Assembly (NCBI GenBank): GCA_038212275.1
Contig: JBBQUR010000006.1
Span: forward strand, 128,001-192,000
DNA: 64,000 nt
DNA from: Planctomycetota bacterium
GTDB lineage: Bacteria > Planctomycetota > B15-G4
Reading direction: 5' to 3'
Position 1 is the stretch's first letter; every line of letters begins with the position of its first letter. Below the pieces are notes generated by a model. It saw only the letters and a program-made list of their open reading frames with translations. It was not told where the DNA came from and did not search any database. Positions 1 to 8,581 of this stretch are shown here, one piece after another. The position numbers and the translations under genes were made by a program.

Positions 1-979
1 CGCAGCGGCCGAGGTAGTACACGGCGCGCGCGCGTTCGTCCGGGATGGCGGTGGAGGTCAGGGCCACGCGGGTGAAGGCCAGCTGGGCCTCCTTGAGCTT
101 CGCCGGGTCGTGGAAGTCGCATTCGGCCAGGCCGTTCGCCGCCGCCGCCTGGACGGCCGGGTCGCCCTTGCCGTCGCGGGCCAGCGTCTCGTAGTAGCTG
201 CGCGCGCCAGACAGGTCCTTGGCTTCGAGCAGACAGGTGCCGGTGCCGACGCGCGCCGCGAGGCCGAGCTTGGCCATCACGGGCACAAGATCGGGGCGGT
301 CCGCGAGGCGGTCCTTGGACGCGGCCGCGGCTTCCGCGTCGGCGAAGGCCTGCGTGGCGCCCTTGGTGTTGCGGGCCGCGAGGAGGGCGTCACCTTCGGC
401 GAGGTGCACGCGCACCTTCCAGTCGGGCGTGACTTTGCCGTCCTTCACGAGCGCCAGCACGGCGTCGAGTGCGGCGCGCGCCGTCGCGGCGTCGCCTGCC
501 GCCGTGGCGTAGTCGGCCTTGTCGAGCAGCGCCTGCGGGAGCAACCGATGATCCGGATACTTCTTGAGGAACTCGTCGATGGCGCTCAGCGCCGCGGTCA
601 GCCCGGTCTTGCCGCGCGCCGCGGCGGCCTGCGCCTGGCGCAGCAGCGCGTGCGCCGCAACCCACGGCGGCGCAGTGTCCTTGCTCGCGGCGCCGAACAG
701 CGTCTCGGCATTCACGAGGTCGGAACCTGCCAGCGCTTTCAGCCCCTTCTCGTAGGACTCGCTGCCGGGGCCGTACTCGATCTCGGTGATGTCCGCCGTC
801 TTGCGCGTGGATTCGCCGCCGCCCTTGGTCGAGAACTTCACCGAGTCGAGCGTCTCGGACAGGATGACCACGTTGGCCTGCGGGATCTCCTTGCGCTCCT
901 TGTTCAGCAGCGTCAGCCGCCCCTGGGCGGCGACGCCCGGCGCGAGCAGCAACGGCGCGAGCAGCAGGGCAAGGCGCAT
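1..979 (-). CDS. Secreted tetratricopeptide-repeat (TPR)-like protein, partial (runs off the left edge)
   Basis: Hand translation of the minus strand from ATG at 979 (alternative GTG at 997): MRLALLLAPLLLAPGVAAQ signal peptide, then helical TPR-like segments (FLKKYPDHRLLPQALLDKA; ARAVYYLGRC). Open to position 1; not in the supplied ORF track. Confidence 0.75.
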   Translation of the reverse strand, partial: MRLALLLAPLLLAPGVAAQGRLTLLNKERKEIPQANVVILSETLDSVKFSTKGGGESTRKTADITEIEYGPGSESYEKGLKALAGSDLVNAETLFGAASKDTAPPWVAAHALLRQAQAAAARGKTGLTAALSAIDEFLKKYPDHRLLPQALLDKADYATAAGDAATARAALDAVLALVKDGKVTPDWKVRVHLAEGDALLAARNTKGATQAFADAEAAAASKDRLADRPDLVPVMAKLGLAARVGTGTCLLEAKDLSGARSYYETLARDGKGDPAVQAAAANGLAECDFHDPAKLKEAQLAFTRVALTSTAIPDERARAVYYLGRC

Positions 980-1102
980 GAGCGGACGTGGTGCCACACG
1001 GGTCTCGCGAGTTCGGGGCGCGAAGGAACGGCGCATTCTAGCGGTGCCTCTCCGGAACGATCAATGCGGGCAGGGCGCCGCCGGGGCCGAGAAAGCTCGG
1101 GC

Positions 1103-3901
1103 TCAGGGAATCTTCTTCTCGAGGTACTTGAACAGGGGCCTGAAGGAGGGCGAGTACTGCTTCTCCGGCGGGAGGTCCTTGAGCGACTCCTCGTCGTAGC
1201 TCGGATACAGCACCGCCAGATTGTTCAGCGCCTTGCGCGCATCGATCAGCGACTGCGGCAGGGCCGCGCCTTCGCGGTACTGGGTGTAGAGCGTCCCGAG
1301 TTTGGACTCCCACCAGATGCGCTCGCTGGGGGCGTTCACCTTGGCGTTCGCGAACAGCGTGCTCCACAGCTTGTAGGCATCGCCGTAGTCGCCGCTGCCC
1401 GGAATCTCGACGATGGAGCCGTCGGGTCGGAGCTCCAGCCAGCCGCCGTAACCCCGCGCGGCGCCCACGAGCACGCGGACATCGGAGGGGCGCCGGCTCT
1501 CGAGATCCTTCCAGTAGGGGCGCGCCCGGCCGAACTCGTTCGACTGGTTGTAGGACAGCGCCAGGCCGATCCGGGCCTCGTCGAGCGAGGCCGGCGGGAT
1601 GTTGCTGCCCGGCTTGCCGAAGACCTCCAGCGACTTCAGGTAGCTGCGCTGCGCGAGGTCCGGCTTGCCCACGCGCGAGTACCACTCGCCGATGGAGAGC
1701 AGGTTGGTGAACGACGGGAAGCCGCTCAGTTCGGCCGAGTTCCAGAGCGCGTCCGCGGCGCGTCCGAGCAGCGCGTCCGCGCCGGCGTTGTCGCCCTTGG
1801 CGCGGGCGGCTTCACTGGCCTTGACCAGCGCACTGGAGAGCTGGAACCAGCCCACGCGCAGGTAGCTGCTGTCGGCGCGAAAGGCTGCCAGGTCCTCGAC
1901 GGCCTTGGTGGCCGCGTCGACATCGCCCTTCATCGCACAGGCGAGGATGCGCTGATACTTCACGCTCTCCACGAGTCCGGCCTGGCTTGACAGCTTCTCC
2001 TCGAAGCCCTCGAGCACCTTCAGTGCGTCGACGGGCTTTTCCATGCCGGCCGAGAGCAGCAGGTCGGCCTTGTAGTAAAGGGCCGAACCCAGCGCCGCGT
2101 CGCGGCGGTTGCGCGCGTCGGCATTCGGCGGGGCGAAGGCCGGGTCGCTGGCGCGCTTGATGAGCAGGTCATACGCCGCCAGCGCCTCCTTCGGCTTGCC
2201 CGCGCCGGCAAGCGCGCGGCCCTGGTAGACGAGCGAGAGTTCGTAGCTGGGAGCGTCCTCCGTGACGGCCTTCAGGTCCTCCACGGCGGCGAGGAAGGCC
2301 TCGGGCTCCGGCGGCGACGTGCCGTTGGCAATGTCGAAGCTTTCCTTGGCCTGCGAGAAGGCGAGGTCCGCGACGATGCCCATCTTGATGAGCCGGTCGC
2401 GTGCCTGGTCGCGCAGGGTCTTGTCGAAGGCGTCCTTGGTCTCGAGATAGCGGCGGTCGTAGTTCTTCGACATGCCGCCCGCGGCGCTCTCCTGCACCTC
2501 GAGAGGCGCCTTCTGAGCGACGGCCGCGTCGAGTGCCATGCCGAAGGCGAGGGCCGCCTCGAGGTTGAGCTTGTCGGATGCGTAGGCCCGTGCCGCGCCG
2601 AGCCACGCCGGCACGAGGAACTCCTTGAGCTCGGCGTCCTGGCGCAGCGAGCCCGCGACACGCGCGAACTGGAACGCCGCCTCGGCGTAATCCTTGCGGT
2701 CGTTGAGTCCCTTGGCGGCCGCCATGAGCACGGCGGGGGAGGCGTCCCCGATGCCGGACTCGCTGACGAGGGTCGCGAGCAGGTCGCGCGCCCTTTCGCC
2801 TTGCGGCAGCGACGCACCCTGATCCGCGACCAGCTTGACGATGTCCAGCGCCTTGCCGCCGCGGCCCAGCGCCTGCAGCTGGTCCGCCCAGGCGAGCAGC
2901 ACGTCGAAGCCCGCGCCGCCAAAGGCCAGATTCGCCTTCGCGTGCGCCTGCAGCATCGTCTCGATGACGGCGTTGGCGCCGTCGGCGTCTCCGCCGTCCG
3001 CCTTGATGGTCGCGATCTCGCCCCACGTGCGGTCGAACAGCTCCGCGATGAACGGGGCGGCCGCCGGGTTCTGCAGCGCGTTGTCCCAGAACCACTGCGC
3101 CTTCTCGAGCACGTCGTTCTGCAGGAAGAGGGCCTTCTCCAGGTCGCCGAGCTTGCGCTTCACGACACCCTGGTAGTGCACCGCGAAGTGCTGGGTGATG
3201 ACCTCCTCGTCAAGCTCCCACTGGAAGTCGTTGAGCAGGTCGAAGGCCTGCTCGAGCCGGTACTCGCGGTCCTTGGCGACGTCGGCCCAGTCCACGGCGT
3301 TCAGGCCGCGCTCGTACAGCGTCAGCGAGGCGAGCTGGCGGAAGTTGTCGGCCGCGTCGAGGTTGCCGCGATCTCCGGCCGCCTTCTCCTGGTCCTTGTA
3401 CTCGGCCTGCAGCCGGACGCGCACTTCGTCGGATTGCTTGTAGTCCGCTTCGGCCAGCGCGCGGAGCGTCTCGACCTGATCTTTCGGCGCGTCCTTGAGC
3501 TGTCGGGCGCGCAGGCGGCCGCGCGCCTGGAGCACGTCGGCCAGTTCCTTGAGCGCCGCCGGGCGGCTCGGGTGATAGACGTAGGCGGTGCCCGGCTTGG
3601 CCCAGTCGGAGAGCAGCTCGACCGACGCGGACTGGTACTTCATCTGGCGCTCGGCATCGTTCGTGGCCTCGCTGGCCTTGCGATCGATTCGCGCCTCGGT
3701 GAAGTCGAGCGTGCCCTTCTCTTCCGGCGTGAGCTTGCCGATGCGCAGGTCGGTCAGCAGGTCGAAGGCAAGGTCGTAGTAGCGGTACCTGGCGAGGTTG
3801 TCCGCGAACTGGATGTCATCCAGCAGGAGCGAATTGCCGGTCTGCGCCCACGTGAGCGGCGCGAGACAGGTCAGGGTGAGGAGGCCGGCGCGGAACAGCA
3901 T
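1103..3901 (-). CDS. Large secreted TPR/alpha-solenoid protein (932 aa)
   Basis: Signal peptide MLFRAGLLTLTCLAPLTWAQ; repeated TPR-like helices (SLVYQGRALAGAGKPKEALAAY; ARIGLALSYNQSNEFGRARPYW); starts 5 nt after the secretin stop. Confidence 0.8.
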   Translation of the reverse strand: MLFRAGLLTLTCLAPLTWAQTGNSLLLDDIQFADNLARYRYYDLAFDLLTDLRIGKLTPEEKGTLDFTEARIDRKASEATNDAERQMKYQSASVELLSDWAKPGTAYVYHPSRPAALKELADVLQARGRLRARQLKDAPKDQVETLRALAEADYKQSDEVRVRLQAEYKDQEKAAGDRGNLDAADNFRQLASLTLYERGLNAVDWADVAKDREYRLEQAFDLLNDFQWELDEEVITQHFAVHYQGVVKRKLGDLEKALFLQNDVLEKAQWFWDNALQNPAAAPFIAELFDRTWGEIATIKADGGDADGANAVIETMLQAHAKANLAFGGAGFDVLLAWADQLQALGRGGKALDIVKLVADQGASLPQGERARDLLATLVSESGIGDASPAVLMAAAKGLNDRKDYAEAAFQFARVAGSLRQDAELKEFLVPAWLGAARAYASDKLNLEAALAFGMALDAAVAQKAPLEVQESAAGGMSKNYDRRYLETKDAFDKTLRDQARDRLIKMGIVADLAFSQAKESFDIANGTSPPEPEAFLAAVEDLKAVTEDAPSYELSLVYQGRALAGAGKPKEALAAYDLLIKRASDPAFAPPNADARNRRDAALGSALYYKADLLLSAGMEKPVDALKVLEGFEEKLSSQAGLVESVKYQRILACAMKGDVDAATKAVEDLAAFRADSSYLRVGWFQLSSALVKASEAARAKGDNAGADALLGRAADALWNSAELSGFPSFTNLLSIGEWYSRVGKPDLAQRSYLKSLEVFGKPGSNIPPASLDEARIGLALSYNQSNEFGRARPYWKDLESRRPSDVRVLVGAARGYGGWLELRPDGSIVEIPGSGDYGDAYKLWSTLFANAKVNAPSERIWWESKLGTLYTQYREGAALPQSLIDARKALNNLAVLYPSYDEESLKDLPPEKQYSPSFRPLFKYLEKKIP

Positions 3902-3906
3902 GGAAG

Positions 3907-6831
3907 TCAGCGCGTGAAACCGAAGTTCGGCTCATGCTCCTGCGACACGAGGATCGTGGCCTTGAGCAGGATGATGAGCTTGCGCTTGCTGGTGTACTCG
4001 CCCTGGCGCGTGAAGAGAGCGCCGAGAACCGGGATGTCGCTGATGAACGGGACACCCGAGTTGTTGTTCTGGTCCACGGAGGTCTTGAGTCCGCCGAGCA
4101 TGAGCGTGGCGCCGTCGGGAATCGTGGCCACCGTGCGCACGCGCTGCACGCGCAGTTCCGGCAGTTCGATGATGACGTCGTTGCTGCCCGGCGTGCCGAG
4201 GCTCACGGCAACGTCCGGCAGGACGTCGCCGGTTTCATCCGGGATGAGCGCCGTCACGGTGGGGCGCAGCTCGAGGGTCACGAAGCGCCGGTCGGCCGAG
4301 GCCACGGCGCGCACGTCGAGCATCACGCCCTGCATGACGTTGTCGAGTTCGGGCTGCGCGATGACGGCCGACTGCGCGATTTCCGGCTCGAAGTCCCGCA
4401 CGTAGGAATAGATCGAGAGCGCCTTCACGTTGCCGCGCTGGCCGCTGCGCAGCGTGAGCGTCGGCGCGTTGACCACGTTGCTGGTCTGGTACTTCTCGAC
4501 CGCGTGCAGCACCGCGTTGACGTTCGTGTCGTTCAGGAAGAGCGCGTCGACCGAGAGTCCGCCGGCATTGTTCAGGGTGCCCGACTCGCCGAGGCTGAAG
4601 TCGTACAGGTTCTCGATGCGGCCCTTCACGTCGCCGTTCGAGCTGCCGTTGTAGAAGCCGGGGTCATTGCCCGTGCCGATGCCGGTCGGGTTGCTCGGGG
4701 TGCCGAAGCCGCCCGCGCCGGACTGGCCGAAGTCTTCCAGCGGGAATCCGCCGGTGAGGTCGCCGGGGAGGCCGCGGAGATCGACGCCGATGTCCTCGAG
4801 GAAGCTGTCCTCGACCTCGATGAAGCGGGTCTCGATGTTGATGAGCGTGCCGCTGTTCGCGCGCAGGTCGAGCAGCAGCGCCCGGATCTGGGCCTGCACT
4901 TCGGGCGTCTGGCGCACGACGAGCGTGCCCTTCAGCAGCTGGATGGTGCGATTGGGATCGTCCGTCCACGACTCCTTCGCGATGTTGTCCTGGATCAGGG
5001 TGAGCAGCTTGTCCGCGCCGATGAAGGCCAGCGGCTCGTCGTCCTCGACGCCCGTGGTGTAGCTCTCCTTGTCCACGCCGGACGGCCGCAGGTTGAAGTC
5101 CTCGGCCTTGTAGTCCTTGGCGACCAGGGTCAGGTCCTTGATGTCATACATCTGCAGGACGTAGTCGTTGCGCGCCTCGTCCTTCGTGATGATGCGCACG
5201 ACGCCGTCGCGCACCGTGTAGCTGAGCGGCGTCTCCGAGAGATCCTCGAGCAGGATCTTGAGGATGCGCTCGATCGACTGCGGCGCCCTGTCCTCGAGCG
5301 TGTAGGCCTGCGTGCCGCCCAGGTCCCTCACGGCTGGCGACAGCAGGAAGTTGACGCCGGACACGGCCTTGAGGTGGGTCAGCACGCCATCCAGCGGCTC
5401 ATCCTTGAAGCTCACCGGGATCCGCTTCTGCAACTGGTCCGAGACGGCGGTGTCCAGCTCGGACGTCGTGACCGGGTTGCCGGCGAACACCTTGGCGCCA
5501 CGGTCGCTGATCTTTTCCCAGTCCTTGGCCTCGGGGTACAGGACGATGTCGTTCTGCGGCATCGCCTCGTGCGCGATCTCGTCGAAGGTGTCCTGCCACT
5601 CGTTCTTGTACTCGCGGCGGATTTCACCCGTCTTCGCATTGTGTCGCGCGAGGCCAACCACTCGCTGCAGCTCGGTGGCGCCTGCATTCTGCGGATCGAT
5701 CTCGAGCACTGCGGCCAGGGCGGCCTCGGCGGCCACGAAGTCGTCCTTCAGGAAGGCCGTGTTCGCGGTATCCATGAGCGCCGCCACCTGGCGCTCGAGT
5801 TGCGTGGCTTCCGCGAGGTCGAGTTCTTCCTGGTGCTTCTGTGCGAGCGTGATGAGCCTGGTGCCGCGCTTGGATTCGAGATCCTCGGCCTGCCGGCGCG
5901 CGGCACTGACCATGGCCGCGATGCCGGCTTCGCTGAGCGTGCCGTCCTGCGCGGAGGGCGAGGCTTTCAACAGGGCGAGCGCGTCCTCGAACTTGCGCTT
6001 GCCGGTCTCGGGGTCGCCCGCGGCCATCGCGACGCGACCCTGCTCGATCAGGCTGCGCACTTCGAGCTCGGCCTGCTGGAGTCGCGCACCGGCCTTGTCG
6101 CGGGCACCGAGAGCCACGACGGCCAACTCCGAGTTCTTGTCGCCGAGCAGCGCGCCGGTCCGCTCGAACAGGTCGCGCGCGGCGGGGTCGGTCGGGTCGA
6201 GCTCGTAGGCGTTCGCGAAGTTGTCGTGCGCCGCCTGCAGGTCGCCTGCGTTCATCGCGGTGACGCCGGCCTGCACGAAGGCCGCGACGAGTGCCGCCAC
6301 GCGGTCATCGACGAGCGCAGCGTGCTGCCTGCTCTGCTCGAGCACGAGCGAGAGGTCTCCCGTCGAAATCGGTGTGGGCGCCGTGGCGGGCGCCGTCGCG
6401 GGTGCCGGCTTGTCCTGAACGGGTGCGGGCGCGGGGGGCGGCGGCGGCAGCATCTCCGTGGGCGCCGTCACGGGCACGGCCACCGGCTTCGACGTCGTGG
6501 CGGGCAGCGCAACCGGCGCCGCGGGAACGGGCTGGGCCGCGCCCGGAGCCACGGGCTGGGCCACGGGCTGGGTCGCCGGCGGGGGCGTCTTGCCGTCGCG
6601 GATGGCGGCCGCCCGCGCCTTGTACTCCTCGAGCCACTGCGGGTCTCCGGGCGCCAGTTCGGTGGTCGGAACCAGCGCTTCCTCCGGGACGGCGACGATG
6701 GGCGGCTCGATCGGGGAGCTGCTCTGCTGAGTCGCCGGCGATCCGCAGCCGGCAAGGCCGACCACGAGGATCAGGAGACGCGAGCGGTGGGAGTGAAGCA
6801 TGTCACAGGGCGTCCGCGGGGAATGCGTCAT
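3907..6831 (-). CDS. Secretin (GspD/PilQ-like) with lipoprotein signal, Pro-rich linker and TPR-like N-terminal region
   Basis: LAGC lipobox; C-terminal secretin motifs (INIETRFIEV, NAPTLTLRSGQRG, SADRRFVTLELRP, VATIPDGATLMLGGL, GVPFISDIPVLGALF, KRKLIILLKATI). Start could be ATG at 6801. Confidence 0.9.
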   Translation of the reverse strand: MTHSPRTPCDMLHSHRSRLLILVVGLAGCGSPATQQSSSPIEPPIVAVPEEALVPTTELAPGDPQWLEEYKARAAAIRDGKTPPPATQPVAQPVAPGAAQPVPAAPVALPATTSKPVAVPVTAPTEMLPPPPPAPAPVQDKPAPATAPATAPTPISTGDLSLVLEQSRQHAALVDDRVAALVAAFVQAGVTAMNAGDLQAAHDNFANAYELDPTDPAARDLFERTGALLGDKNSELAVVALGARDKAGARLQQAELEVRSLIEQGRVAMAAGDPETGKRKFEDALALLKASPSAQDGTLSEAGIAAMVSAARRQAEDLESKRGTRLITLAQKHQEELDLAEATQLERQVAALMDTANTAFLKDDFVAAEAALAAVLEIDPQNAGATELQRVVGLARHNAKTGEIRREYKNEWQDTFDEIAHEAMPQNDIVLYPEAKDWEKISDRGAKVFAGNPVTTSELDTAVSDQLQKRIPVSFKDEPLDGVLTHLKAVSGVNFLLSPAVRDLGGTQAYTLEDRAPQSIERILKILLEDLSETPLSYTVRDGVVRIITKDEARNDYVLQMYDIKDLTLVAKDYKAEDFNLRPSGVDKESYTTGVEDDEPLAFIGADKLLTLIQDNIAKESWTDDPNRTIQLLKGTLVVRQTPEVQAQIRALLLDLRANSGTLINIETRFIEVEDSFLEDIGVDLRGLPGDLTGGFPLEDFGQSGAGGFGTPSNPTGIGTGNDPGFYNGSSNGDVKGRIENLYDFSLGESGTLNNAGGLSVDALFLNDTNVNAVLHAVEKYQTSNVVNAPTLTLRSGQRGNVKALSIYSYVRDFEPEIAQSAVIAQPELDNVMQGVMLDVRAVASADRRFVTLELRPTVTALIPDETGDVLPDVAVSLGTPGSNDVIIELPELRVQRVRTVATIPDGATLMLGGLKTSVDQNNNSGVPFISDIPVLGALFTRQGEYTSKRKLIILLKATILVSQEHEPNFGFTR

Positions 6832-7865
6832 GGCAGGTCCACATTCAGTGTGCGCACTGCACCGTCCCGGGTGGCCAACGTCGCAACGAGGCGCGTCACC
6901 GGTTTCAGGACTTGCGTTTGCGTGGTTCGGGGTTCGTGAGTTTCGGGGTCGAGAACGAGACTTCCGTCGGTCGTGAGCAGCAGGCGCTGTTGCGTGGTCA
7001 GCGCGTCCTCCTGCCTGGTCTGCAGTGCCTTGAGGGTCAGTCCCGTGGTGGTGGACCCCGTTCGGACTTCTTCGCCGATGCGTGCCGTCACCTGACGGTC
7101 GCCCACGGCGTTGGGCAGGTTCACCTGGATCAGGAACACGGCCTGGTCGCCGGTCGCCCGAACCAGACTCAAGCTGAAGTGCTCCGGGGTCGCTACGGTA
7201 ACCAGATCGCTGCGTTCGGCGTCCACGAGCACGTCTTCCGACCCGTCGTGACGCAGGAGCACGGCCCAGACCTGGTAGCCCATGCGACTTGCCGCAAGCG
7301 GCAGCTGGACATCCCGCCAGAGGACTTCGCTGAGAGGCAGCGTGGCCATCAGGGTGAGTTCAGCGCCGTCGATGGCGCGGTAGATGCGCTGCCCGACTCG
7401 CAGGTCGCTGCCTTCGCGCTCCAGTGCCGCCGCGCGCACGCGATTCATCGGCCCCGGATTCCACGTCAGCGTCACCACGCCGAGGCCGTAGCCTGCCTCG
7501 AGAGCGTCGGGCGACACGAGCCCCGTGCTGCGGGACGGGGTCTCGAACGGACTGCGCACGCGGCGCGCCTCGAAGTCCTGCAGTTCCGACACATCGAACA
7601 CTGCGCGCGCGAGGGTGCCGACGACTTGCGGCTGCTGGGCAAGCGCCCACTCGGCCGCATCGAAGGCTCCGCGCTGTTCCGACATGTTCGAGGGCCGCAT
7701 CGCCTCCTCTAGCCGAGTCTCCAAGACTGATTCGGCAGCCTTAGTTCGTCGTAAGTCGTTGCTGTACAACAGATTATGTACAAAGAGCGCAAGGGCGGAA
7801 ACGATAAGAGATGCCGCCAGCCCTGTCAATACGAGAATCCTCGCCGAGCGGGCGCTGCTGCTCAT
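6828..7865 (-). CDS. Hypothetical membrane-anchored protein of the pilus/secretion operon
   Basis: ATG at 7865 overlaps the upstream stop (ATGA). N-terminal TM helix ILVLTGLAASLIVSALALFVHNLLY. The ORF-track extension to 8681 overlaps the neighbouring gene and is rejected. Confidence 0.7.
   Translation of the reverse strand: MSSSARSARILVLTGLAASLIVSALALFVHNLLYSNDLRRTKAAESVLETRLEEAMRPSNMSEQRGAFDAAEWALAQQPQVVGTLARAVFDVSELQDFEARRVRSPFETPSRSTGLVSPDALEAGYGLGVVTLTWNPGPMNRVRAAALEREGSDLRVGQRIYRAIDGAELTLMATLPLSEVLWRDVQLPLAASRMGYQVWAVLLRHDGSEDVLVDAERSDLVTVATPEHFSLSLVRATGDQAVFLIQVNLPNAVGDRQVTARIGEEVRTGSTTTGLTLKALQTRQEDALTTQQRLLLTTDGSLVLDPETHEPRTTQTQVLKPVTRLVATLATRDGAVRTLNVDLP
7801..7829 (-). promoter_or_regulatory. 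Putative sigma70-type promoter inside a CDS (TTGACA-N17-TATCGT)
   Basis: Minus strand reads TTGACA (7829-7824), 17 nt, TATCGT (7806-7801), within a ~50% GC patch (60/120 G+C over 7721-7840 by hand count). Confidence 0.5.
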
Positions 7866-8581
7866 GGCCCACCCTCGGCGTCGCGCGCGAAGTAAATCGC
7901 GACGGTCACGGCGAGTCGCACCGGCGGCGTGTCGAACGCCTGCAACTGCAAGCCCCATCGTTCCGGTTCGATGCGACGCAGCGAGCAGCTGAGCACCCCG
8001 GCGAACGGCAGCCCGCCCGTCGGCTGCGGAGTGAGGCGTTCGAGGACGCCGACCGCCTCCGTGAGGCTGCAGCTGAGGACGATGCTGGCCTGCATCTGCT
8101 CGAGCTGTTCGATGTGAGGTGTGGGCACGAGCTTGCCCCCGTCGGAGAGCTCCAGCACCTCCAGCCCCTTCGCGTCGCCCAGCGCCTCCAGCAGAAGGGA
8201 GAGCGCCTCTTCCGCCTCGGCCGAGCTGGCCCGCTGGGCGCGTACGCTGCTTCCGAGCCGGGACTCCAGGGCAAGGGCTCGATCCTTGCGCGCCTCCAGC
8301 AACTCGTCGAAGGCGGGCAGGGCCGCGGGCTCCTGCACTCCCGTGAGCCAATTCAGCCGGCGTCGGGCGAGTTCCGCGAGTCGGTCGCGGTCGCCCAGCA
8401 GGGCGCCGAGCTCCGCAGTGAGGTTGGGTGGCAAGCGCGCTTCCATGGCCTTGACCGAGGCCTCGCGTGCCAGCAGGTCGGCGTGTGCCAGGCGCTCCGC
8501 CGCCAGCGCCGGGCGTCCGACGACGAAGAACTCGGCCACCGCGGCCAGCAACAGGACGGCAAGCACCACCAGCGTCTTCAC
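7862..8581 (-). CDS. PilO/GspM-like inner-membrane assembly protein (putative)
   Basis: N-terminal TM helix, coiled-coil region and a C-terminal ferredoxin-like pattern; follows the pilM-like gene with a GTGA overlap. Confidence 0.55.
   Translation of the reverse strand: MKTLVVLAVLLLAAVAEFFVVGRPALAAERLAHADLLAREASVKAMEARLPPNLTAELGALLGDRDRLAELARRRLNWLTGVQEPAALPAFDELLEARKDRALALESRLGSSVRAQRASSAEAEEALSLLLEALGDAKGLEVLELSDGGKLVPTPHIEQLEQMQASIVLSCSLTEAVGVLERLTPQPTGGLPFAGVLSCSLRRIEPERWGLQLQAFDTPPVRLAVTVAIYFARDAEGGP

Noticed and set aside
110..1990. 626-aa plus-strand ORF
   Set aside because: Antisense shadow of the two minus-strand TPR genes.
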